Part shown: positions 18,425 to 26,457 of the stretch, piece by piece | Layout: each line of letters opens with the position of its first letter | How positions within the stretch are numbered: position 1 is the stretch's first letter | Notes under the pieces: generated by a model | What the model saw: the letters and a program-made list of their open reading frames with translations, nothing else | Database searches by the model: none | Told to the model about the DNA's origin: nothing | Position numbers and translations under genes: made by a program | Source of the DNA: an uncultured bacterium | Lineage (GTDB): Bacteria; Vulcanimicrobiota; CADAWZ01 | DNA length: 48,571 nucleotides | Direction of reading: 5' to 3' | Assembly: GCA_902791745.1 (NCBI GenBank) | Contig: CADAWZ010000002.1 | Span: 1 to 48,571, forward strand

Positions 18425-18651
18425 ATAAAATGCCTCCGTAGAAAAACAATAACAAATTTTTTATAATCCTATTTCAAAGAAAAAAATTAAAAAGTTATCA
18501 ATTTGAAATAAGATGTATAAAACAAAAAATATTTAGCTATAAATAAGCCATAAAATCAAAATTCATTATTAAAAAAAATATCCCTTTAAAATTTTATAAT
18601 GTTTGCAAAAAAAAAGGAACTGTAAAAAACAGCCCCTTAAGAACAAAAATA

Positions 18652-19098
18652 TTATGATTTTATATTGAAAACCAATTCTGTTTTGCCAAGTTTGAGAAGA
18701 TCACCATTTTTAAGCAACTGACGAGCTCCTTTGGTAATAAATTCTCCATTTAGATAACTTCCATTTGAACTTCCCAAATCTTCAAAATAATAGCTATTGC
18801 CATCCTTAATGATCTGAGCATGACGACGGGAAATATAAGCCTCGTGATCAAAATCAGTTAAATCCACATCAGGATAAACTCCATCTGCAGGGCTTCTTCT
18901 TCCCATACTATTATAAGTTCTACCTAAAGGGAAAACCATATTCTCTATAGATACAGAAGCCATAACTTCAGAATCTATATCTTCTTCAATAACTGCAGAA
19001 GCCATTGGATCTGAAGCCATAAATAGCTTTTCTCCACATTCCTCACAATAAGCAGAATCATCTTGATTTTCAAATCCACAGGCGGGACATTTTATCAT
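18652..19098 (-). CDS. Zinc-ribbon + FHA domain protein
   Basis: CPACGF...CEECG ribbon at the N-terminus. FHA signature GRRS...ISRRHAQI...EDLGSSNGSYLNG. RBS GGAGGGG. Confidence 0.9.
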   Translation of the reverse strand: MIKCPACGFENQDDSAYCEECGEKLFMASDPMASAVIEEDIDSEVMASVSIENMVFPLGRTYNSMGRRSPADGVYPDVDLTDFDHEAYISRRHAQIIKDGNSYYFEDLGSSNGSYLNGEFITKGARQLLKNGDLLKLGKTELVFNIKS

Positions 19099-19234
19099 AT
19101 TAACCCCTCCAAAAAATTCAAAGAATCTTTTCGCCTATCACATATATTTTACAAAGTTAATTCAATCATATTTTAAAAAATCCTCTTTAAAGAATTAATT
19201 TTATAATTAATATTTTATTAAATTTCAATATGAT

Positions 19235-19894
19235 TTAATTTATCTTTTTTGCCAAAATTTTAACTGCTATAAAACAGAAAAAATTATTTAAAAAATGTGC
19301 AAGAATAGAAATAGCTAAATTGCCTGTAATTTTATAAATATAAGCAAAACAAAAACCAATAATAGCTATCCAAATCCCAGAAAAAATTAATTTCTTATCT
19401 CCCAAATGTAAAAGACCAAAAACAACAGAAGAAATAATCATTCCCCAAGCAACAGACATAACTCCTCTAAATAGAGCCTCTTCACAAAATCCAGAAATTA
19501 TTGATAAAAAAATACACTGCCAAATATTAAATTTGCCAAATATAGGAATATAAACAGATTTTATGAGCCAATCATAATGCATAAATTTTAATTGATTACG
19601 AAATATATAAAAAATTGCATTAAAAAACAAAAGACCAATAACAATATATATGCTATTAACAAGTGAAATATCAAATTTTATAGTATTCCACCAAAAAATC
19701 TTTCCAAAATATCCCCATATAATAGCTATAATTAAAGCAACAAGCTGAATTATACAAATATTAGGAAAGAGATTCTTATTGCTAACTTGAATAAGTTCCT
19801 CTTCTTCTTCATTCTCATAAATATTTTCTAAAGTTTCATCTTCTGACATATCTAATCTATCTTTTCCAAAAAAATTTTTAAAAAAATTATACAA
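19235..19894 (-). CDS. CPBP-family intramembrane glutamic endopeptidase (CAAX protease / Abi-like)
   Basis: Multi-TM protein with EEALFRG, FGLLH and HFLNN motifs. Start uncertain: TTG at 19894, or the in-frame ATG 45 nt downstream. Acidic N-terminal extension. Confidence 0.8.
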   Translation of the reverse strand: MYNFFKNFFGKDRLDMSEDETLENIYENEEEEELIQVSNKNLFPNICIIQLVALIIAIIWGYFGKIFWWNTIKFDISLVNSIYIVIGLLFFNAIFYIFRNQLKFMHYDWLIKSVYIPIFGKFNIWQCIFLSIISGFCEEALFRGVMSVAWGMIISSVVFGLLHLGDKKLIFSGIWIAIIGFCFAYIYKITGNLAISILAHFLNNFFCFIAVKILAKKIN

Positions 19895-20002
19895 AAATGG
19901 AATAAAATCCTTTTATACTGCCACTATATAAAAATTAAAAGGAAAGACAAAAAGAATCTCGAATTAAAATTTAAGAAAATAAAATTAGCAGGGAGGCTTA
20001 AT

Positions 20003-20488
20003 TTGTTTAAAAATACAATAAAAATACTTATATTATTTTTATTTTCAATATCTGCTTTTTCAATAGCCTATGCAACACAAATAGATATGGGAAATGGATA
20101 TAAAATACAACTTCCGAATGGTTATGAAAAAGATGTAGCTCTTTCTTATGAGGGAACAGATGTATTCTCAAATAAAGAATGTAATATAACTTTTAATACC
20201 CGTAGAATGGGAAAATATGATAGTAAAGATATAAAAGTACAGTCTGCAAATGTAGAAAGACAATTAAAAACAAGCACTTTTAAAATCTTAAAAAATACAA
20301 TAGGACAAATAAATAATAATCCTATGTTCTGCATAAAATATTCCATGCCGTATTCAAAAGCAATTTGGTATCAATATGGAATAATTTCAGAAGATGTAAT
20401 GTTTATAGTCACTTGTACAACAACTGCAGACAAAGATAAAAAATATGAACAAGAATTTAATAAAATAGTAAATACTTTATCAAAATAA
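20003..20488 (+). CDS. Hypothetical secreted protein
   Basis: TTG start after GGGAGG. Signal peptide ILILFLFSISAFSIAYA. No confident family. Confidence 0.65.
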   Translation: MFKNTIKILILFLFSISAFSIAYATQIDMGNGYKIQLPNGYEKDVALSYEGTDVFSNKECNITFNTRRMGKYDSKDIKVQSANVERQLKTSTFKILKNTIGQINNNPMFCIKYSMPYSKAIWYQYGIISEDVMFIVTCTTTADKDKKYEQEFNKIVNTLSK

Positions 20489-20492
20489 TTTT

Positions 20493-21434
20493 ATGAATAA
20501 ATCAAATGAAAGGATTGGAGAAAAATTTTCCGATCCTATTTTTTTTATAGATGTAAAAATAAACGAATCAATAAACACGATAAATTTTAAAGACAATAAT
20601 AAAAAATATTTAGGATTAATTTTTTATATTTCGTCCTCAAAATTGAAAAAGATACACTCAAATATTTTAAAGAAAAAAATTTATTCTATTCTATCAAAAA
20701 AAATAAAAATAGATAATGACATTTTAGGAAATGACAAAATAAAAATAGATAACAGTCTGCTTTTACATCAAAAAATAAAAGAAACTGAAACTGAAATTAA
20801 AAATTTTTGTAGAGGACTTGAAATAGATATAACTTCAAAAATTTCACATTCAGAAATAGATTTTGAAAATAGCAAAAAAATATTATGCAATTACCAAAAC
20901 ACAATAGAAAAAAATATTTGTTATACTTGTATAATGTGTCAAAATTTATCTATAAACCATGTCTGCGTAATAATGCCTGATAGAGCTGGACAATGTGGTG
21001 AAATGTCTTATGAAGATGCAAAATTGATGTATGAACTAATACCTTTTGGACCTTGTAAAAAAATATTACTTGAAAATCCAATAGATATAAAAAAAGGCGA
21101 ATGGAGAGAAATTAACGAAACAGTTAAAAATTTGACTTACGGTCATACAAAAAGAATATACTTAAGATCAACTCTCGAATATCCAGCCCCTTGTTCTCCC
21201 CTATCTCAGACAATATCAATATATGGAGGAGAAGGAGAACATATATATATATTAGATAGACTAAAAAAAGAGTTTAATCCTATAGGAATTTCTTATGATG
21301 AAGCACTAAAAATGACAGCTGGAGGAATACAATTTGAAGGAATAACGGCACAAGCAAGAAAAACAATATTTGAAAAAACATTTCTCATCGACAATGGAGG
21401 ATTGAAAAATTCAATAACTCCTTATGAAATATAA
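20493..21434 (+). CDS. Acetyl-CoA synthase (CdhC/AcsB) A-cluster-domain homologue, divergent, nickel-site CGC motif absent
   Basis: Residues ~146-313 are CIMCQNLSINHVCVIMPDRAGQCG...KGEWREINE...KRIYLRSTLEYPAPCSPLS...PIGISY...GGIQFEG...NGG. These align with my recollection of Moorella AcsB (CxxC-9-C-10-C, GEYxGVNE, RVYLHSxxxYPHTSCGCFE). The N-terminal 140 aa is K/I/N-rich. No obvious RBS; the start is 4 nt after the upstream stop. Confidence 0.5.
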   Translation: MNKSNERIGEKFSDPIFFIDVKINESINTINFKDNNKKYLGLIFYISSSKLKKIHSNILKKKIYSILSKKIKIDNDILGNDKIKIDNSLLLHQKIKETETEIKNFCRGLEIDITSKISHSEIDFENSKKILCNYQNTIEKNICYTCIMCQNLSINHVCVIMPDRAGQCGEMSYEDAKLMYELIPFGPCKKILLENPIDIKKGEWREINETVKNLTYGHTKRIYLRSTLEYPAPCSPLSQTISIYGGEGEHIYILDRLKKEFNPIGISYDEALKMTAGGIQFEGITAQARKTIFEKTFLIDNGGLKNSITPYEI

Positions 21435-21436
21435 AA

Positions 21437-21476
21437 AATCCCTGTTAATGTTTTTTTTTCTACATTGACAGGGATT
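21437..21476. terminator. Bidirectional intrinsic terminator
   Basis: AATCCCTGTTAATG-TTTTTTTTTCTA-CATTGACAGGGATT, between convergent genes. Confidence 0.75.
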
Positions 21477-21495
21477 AACTAATCTAAAAATTATA

Positions 21496-22119
21496 TTATA
21501 TTTTAAAAGATTGCAAAATATCTGAAGCCTCTTTAAAATTAGGGTCTAATTTAAGTGCATTTTGAAAAGAAATTTTAGCATTATCTATATCACCAGAAAA
21601 ATAGAAAGTAAGCCCCAAATTAAAATATAAATCAGGATTCTTTGGTTGCAACTTCAACAAATTATTAAACATATCTCTTGCATCAGAGATTCCATTTGCA
21701 CTTTTTGTCTTTGCCAATGAAACAGCCATAGCAAAATTTTCACCCATTTTTGCTAATTTTTTTAATTCTTTTTCATCAGGTTTTTTATAAAAAAGTTTAG
21801 CAAAAAAACCCTTAGGCTCTTCCTTCATGCCACTTCTATCTTTTCTATAGCTTTTAAATTGAAACATCTTTTTGTTATCATAAAGATCACGAGAATTTTT
21901 ATCTTTTAATTGATTAAAAGCAGCAACAATCTCCTTCATTTTTTTAGCACCAAGTTCTTTATCTTCACAAAGATCAGGATGATATTTCTTTGACAAAGCT
22001 CTATAACTTTTATGAATTTCTTCAAAACTTGAAATAGGAGTTACTTCAAGCAATAAATACAAATTAGGTTCAACAACACCAGTATCTTTTGCAATATCTT
22101 TTTTTACATTATCTGCCAT
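21496..22119 (-). CDS. J-domain (DnaJ-like) protein with C-terminal TPR
   Basis: YLLLEV...IHKSYRALSKKYHPDL contains the HPD motif. The C-terminus (LLKLQPKNPDLYFNLGLTFYFSGDIDNAKISFQNALKLDPNF) is TPR. RBS GGGGAG. Confidence 0.85.
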   Translation of the reverse strand: MADNVKKDIAKDTGVVEPNLYLLLEVTPISSFEEIHKSYRALSKKYHPDLCEDKELGAKKMKEIVAAFNQLKDKNSRDLYDNKKMFQFKSYRKDRSGMKEEPKGFFAKLFYKKPDEKELKKLAKMGENFAMAVSLAKTKSANGISDARDMFNNLLKLQPKNPDLYFNLGLTFYFSGDIDNAKISFQNALKLDPNFKEASDILQSFKI

Positions 22120-22288
22120 AATAATCTCCCCTTATGCACAAAACGCATAAGCAAAAATATTTATATTATTATATATTTTAGTTTTATATAAATTATCAAA
22201 ATCCTTTTAGTTTTTTACAAATGAAAACATAGGTGCAAAAAATATCTTACTCTTACACCTATATTTTATACTACATATTTAATATTTT

Positions 22289-22813
22289 TTATTTTCCAAA
22301 CATAGCAGGAGAAAAAACAAACATAATCACAGATTTTCCATAAATATCATAGTGAAATGAAATACCTTTTTTAGGATATATAGCTAACTTATCTGAATCT
22401 GGATATACATCTTTGGAAGTTACTTGAATAACTTTTTCAGGAACTCCCAGCATACCTTCTATCTGTCTTTTATCCATACCAACATGAATTCCCTTAGCCG
22501 TATGACAATCAAGTTTACCTATTTTATTACTCATTACACCAACATAGTGCATTTCTCCTGTATATCCTTGATATTGGATTATAAGACCATGTGAATTATA
22601 CTTAGCAATAACATCACCATTTTGAAGTTCTTTTCTAAAATCAGGATTTCCAAATGTATTTTGATATTTGAAAAAAGAATCTCCAATCGTCAATGGACCA
22701 ACAGATTTAGCAGGAACAACTTTTACATATTTTTGCTCAGATGAAAAAACAGCAATAGACATAAACAATACAAAAAATAAAACAAAAGATAAAATTTTTC
22801 CAATTTTGTTCAT
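22289..22813 (-). CDS. Hypothetical secreted protein
   Basis: ATG at 22813 preferred (AGGTGAttaaaatcATG; the track's GTG lies inside the RBS). Signal peptide ILSFVLFFVLFMSIAVFS. Confidence 0.65.
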   Translation of the reverse strand: MNKIGKILSFVLFFVLFMSIAVFSSEQKYVKVVPAKSVGPLTIGDSFFKYQNTFGNPDFRKELQNGDVIAKYNSHGLIIQYQGYTGEMHYVGVMSNKIGKLDCHTAKGIHVGMDKRQIEGMLGVPEKVIQVTSKDVYPDSDKLAIYPKKGISFHYDIYGKSVIMFVFSPAMFGK

Positions 22814-22846
22814 GATTTTAATCACCTGCCAAATTTTACTATAATT

Positions 22847-22889
22847 TTATTATCCCTAAGATTCAAAAAATGTCTCTTAGGGATAATAA
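22847..22889. terminator. 14-bp stem hairpin between co-directional genes (possible terminator or attenuator)
   Basis: TTATTATCCCTAAG-15 nt loop-CTTAGGGATAATAA. No clean U-tract on the transcribed (minus) strand. Confidence 0.4.
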
Positions 22890-22919
22890 TCATTTAATTT
22901 ATTTTTCAAAATTTATTAT

Positions 22920-25900
22920 TTATTCTTCACCTTCATCATCCATGAAAGTTGAGAAAATATCTTTAAGCTCATTATCAGATAAAGCCTCGTCATCTGATTC
23001 TTCAGATGAATAATCATCATCACTTGAATCTTCACTTGGAATTCCTGCAAATGTGTCATCTGAAATAACTTCTTCTCTCTCTTCAGAATTTTCTTCTATA
23101 TTGTAGATATTTTCTTCACTTGCTTCAGATGATTGTTCAACTGGTTCAGTTAATTGCCCTTGTCCTTCTTCTACAGAAAAATCAACAAATTCTTCTGGTA
23201 TAGACTCTTCTACAATATCTTCAACATCATCGTCGTCATCTTCTTCAGAATCTTCATCATCAATAACAGAATCTTCTATTTCTTTTTCTGAATTTTCTTC
23301 TACCTGTTGATTTTCAGATTCTACTACACTTTCGACTTTCTCAACATCTTCTATTTGTTCTGTAATAGGTTCTTCTAATTGCTCATGGACAGGTTCTTCA
23401 ATATTTTTTTGATTTTCTGCATTTTGATTGATAATTTCTTCACTTGTCTTCTCTACATCCTCTTCATCAATTCCAGCAAAAGCTTCACCTACAAATCCTT
23501 GAACTCTTTCTTCTATCTCTGCTTTTACTTCTTCTTCTGTTGGCTCTGGGAATTCTTTTATGATATCAAACTCATTTTCTTCCCCAAATATTCCCTCTGC
23601 CAAATTTTCTGTAGGAGGAAATTCACTTTTACTACCATCTTCAAGTTTATTTGAAAGAGGTTCCAAGATTTCTGTAACTGGTTCGACATCTTTCAATAAA
23701 TTTAAAGGCACTGGATCAAGTCCTTCTTCATCTGAGAAGACATCTGCTATTTCTGTTTTAGCCAATTCTTCTTTTAAAGATTCGCTAAATTTACCCATAG
23801 ATTCTGCATTTTCCTCAATAGCATCGTCGAGATTTTCATTAAATTTATTCTTGATCTCAACAACATTTTGATTGAAAATTGCTTCAAATGAATTACGAAG
23901 TTCAACACAAAATTCATCTATTTTCTGTCTTGTGACATCTGCTATACTACCATAATCCATTTTAATCTTAGTTACTGAATTATCAGAGACATCATAAGTT
24001 CTTGCAAGACCATTGTCCAATATCTCTTTTGCCCTGTTATTTGCATTTTGAAGAATTCTCTTCTTTTCTTCATTTGCAAGTTCTATTATATGTCTTCCTT
24101 CTTCTTCAGCTTTTTGGCGTATATCCTCTATCATCTTAGAAGAGTTATCAATAGCTGTTTGATATATTGAATCATATTTATCATCAGCTTCTTTACTCAA
24201 TCTCTCTATCTTTTCAGAAACAGTTTCAGCTCTTAAAAGAATTTCATCTCTTCTTTTTTCTGCCGCTCTTATTATTTTTTCAGCATCATCGAGAGTTTTT
24301 AGACGCAATGTCTTTCTCTCTTTATTTAATTTTAATAAAAGCTCTTCATAACGTTCTTCGATTTCAATTCTTTTTCTCAAAACCTGTGCAGATATTTGCC
24401 CTTCTTTTCTTGCTTCTTCTGCATCTTCTTCAGCTTGCCTTCTTATTTCTTCTGCTTCAACTTCAGCCTTTTCTATTTTTTCAGCAGCCTCTTCTTCAGC
24501 TTTCTTCTTAACATCTGCTTTTAAGACTTCAATCTCTGCAAGCATATGTTCTCGTTCTGCAACTATATTTTCTCTCTCTGCGACCATGCTTTCTCTCTCG
24601 GCAAGCATAATAGCTCTCTCTTGAGCTAATTCATCTCTCAATTTTTGTTCTAATTCTTCATACTCTTTTTTTGCAGTCTCTTTTATGATTTCTGCTTCTG
24701 TATAAGCATCTTCAGTTATTTTTTCTGCTTTTGAAACAGCTTCGTTTATTATGCCTTCAGATTCAGCCCTTATTTCAGCTCTTAGTTCAGCAATTTTAGC
24801 TTCTTCTAATTTTGCCTGAATTTCCAATGCAGATGAAAAATCTAAAGCAGGATCTACATTTGCAGGATTAATAGCCTCAGCATTTTCAACAGTTGCAAAT
24901 TCTAAGGCAGATGCCTCATTAGAAGAAATCAAATCATCTTTAGGCTCTTCTATAACTTCCTGTGTAACAGATGTCTCTGGTTGACCTTCACTTACATCTT
25001 GATTTGGCTCTTCTAAATTACTTTGATATTCTGTAGTTTCAAATTGTTGTGGGAAAATAGATTCCTGTTGTTGTGGGAAAATAGATTCCTGTTGTTGTGG
25101 GAAAATAGATTCCTGCTGTTGTGGGAAAATAGATTCCTGTTGTTGTGGTTTATTTTCTTCTACTTTTAATTCTTCCCCAATGACTTTCTCAACTTGTGCT
25201 GGTTCATCTTCTTTTTTCAAGTCTACTGGTTTTTGTTCAACTACTTCCTCTTTAATTTCTACAGGTTCTTCTTTAACAATCTCCAATTTTTGAATCTTTG
25301 GAGTTTTGTGAAGAAGACCTTTTCTTGCCTTTGGTTTAGGAGGTTCGATAACTTCTGGTTTGACTGTTGTTTCTTGTGTTTCCAATATATCTTCAGATGT
25401 ACTTTCTGGTTTATTTTCAGTGTGTTCAATAGATTGAATTTTAAAAAGACCATCAAGAGCTTCCTGTGCAAAATCACTTCCAGGTTTAGCTGTTACAACT
25501 TGTTTAAAAAGTTCTGCTGCTTTCTCATTTTCGCCAATAGATGAAAGTTTTTGTGCCTCAATAAGAATTCCTGGTACAAAATAAGGGGCTTCTTTTCTGA
25601 AATCAGTCAATAAATTTTCATCAAGAGGAAGAGAATTTTCAAATTGGAATTTATACAGTTCATATTTGAAAGAATAATGTTCTCTATGTTTTAAGGCTTT
25701 TTTCAAAACATCAGCAACAGAAGCAGAGACTCCCCTTGTAAGATAAGATTTAGCCAAATAAAAAGCAGACCATGCAAAAGATGGATTTACCTTTAAACAA
25801 AATTTGAAAAGTTTTTCTGCTTCTTTGTGTTTGCCTTCATCCAAAGCAACTCTTGCTTTTTTATAAGAAGAAAACCAGTTATCAAAATTTTTCAATTTTA

Positions 25901-26285
25901 CATAAATCTGAGGAGCAAGTCTATTGGCATGAGGGGTATCTGGAAAAAGTCCAATGTAATCTTTATAATAAATGAGAGATTTTGTCTTTTCACCTAAATT
26001 TTGATATATTTTTCCAAGATTCAAATATACTTTTGCTGCTTCATTGGGATCATTTTTAAATGTATAATCTATGTTTAAAGCATGAAGATAACATTCAGCC
26101 GCTTCTGCATACTGCTCTTTCTTTTGGAAATAACTACCAAAGAGGACATGAGGCTTAAAATTGTATTGATCAGCAACAGCTGCTTCATTTAAATATTGTA
26201 AATATTCATCTGGAGAAACTGAAGGGTCTACTCTCAAAGCCATTTCAATCAATTCATCTGATTTATTATTCACATTTGTAGTCAT
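22920..26285 (-). CDS. Large TPR / coiled-coil / polyacidic-tail protein
   Basis: 1121 aa. The N-terminal ~290 aa is TPR-like, followed by a P/E/K/V linker, 4x QQQESIFP and ~350 aa of A/E/K/R coiled coil (DivIVA- or ATPase-stator-like composition). It ends in a D/E/S-rich tail. No signal peptide. Confidence 0.8.
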   Translation of the reverse strand: MTTNVNNKSDELIEMALRVDPSVSPDEYLQYLNEAAVADQYNFKPHVLFGSYFQKKEQYAEAAECYLHALNIDYTFKNDPNEAAKVYLNLGKIYQNLGEKTKSLIYYKDYIGLFPDTPHANRLAPQIYVKLKNFDNWFSSYKKARVALDEGKHKEAEKLFKFCLKVNPSFAWSAFYLAKSYLTRGVSASVADVLKKALKHREHYSFKYELYKFQFENSLPLDENLLTDFRKEAPYFVPGILIEAQKLSSIGENEKAAELFKQVVTAKPGSDFAQEALDGLFKIQSIEHTENKPESTSEDILETQETTVKPEVIEPPKPKARKGLLHKTPKIQKLEIVKEEPVEIKEEVVEQKPVDLKKEDEPAQVEKVIGEELKVEENKPQQQESIFPQQQESIFPQQQESIFPQQQESIFPQQFETTEYQSNLEEPNQDVSEGQPETSVTQEVIEEPKDDLISSNEASALEFATVENAEAINPANVDPALDFSSALEIQAKLEEAKIAELRAEIRAESEGIINEAVSKAEKITEDAYTEAEIIKETAKKEYEELEQKLRDELAQERAIMLAERESMVAERENIVAEREHMLAEIEVLKADVKKKAEEEAAEKIEKAEVEAEEIRRQAEEDAEEARKEGQISAQVLRKRIEIEERYEELLLKLNKERKTLRLKTLDDAEKIIRAAEKRRDEILLRAETVSEKIERLSKEADDKYDSIYQTAIDNSSKMIEDIRQKAEEEGRHIIELANEEKKRILQNANNRAKEILDNGLARTYDVSDNSVTKIKMDYGSIADVTRQKIDEFCVELRNSFEAIFNQNVVEIKNKFNENLDDAIEENAESMGKFSESLKEELAKTEIADVFSDEEGLDPVPLNLLKDVEPVTEILEPLSNKLEDGSKSEFPPTENLAEGIFGEENEFDIIKEFPEPTEEEVKAEIEERVQGFVGEAFAGIDEEDVEKTSEEIINQNAENQKNIEEPVHEQLEEPITEQIEDVEKVESVVESENQQVEENSEKEIEDSVIDDEDSEEDDDDDVEDIVEESIPEEFVDFSVEEGQGQLTEPVEQSSEASEENIYNIEENSEEREEVISDDTFAGIPSEDSSDDDYSSEESDDEALSDNELKDIFSTFMDDEGEE
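25051..25146 (-). repeat. In-frame tandem repeat, 4 x 24 nt (QQQESIFP)4
   Basis: gggaaaatagattcctgttgttgt repeated four times on the + strand, with a single t->c change in copy 3. Confidence 0.95.
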
Positions 26286-26457
26286 TATAAATCCATCCTT
26301 AAAAATATCTTTTAGAAGAATCCACTTAATATCTTATTATAAAAAATTCTACTAAAAAATATCTTTCCCTTTAAAATTAAATGCTAATAAACAGGATTTT
26401 CAGAAAAATAAAAGAAAGGAAAAATAAACTTTTCAAAATTAAGGAAAAATATTTTTT

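Noticed and set aside
25043-25146. Regularly spaced direct repeats (also 11726-11785 and 43732-43950) as a possible CRISPR array
   Set aside because: The units are contiguous with no spacers. They are multiples of 3 nt, lie in frame inside long ORFs, and no cas genes are present.
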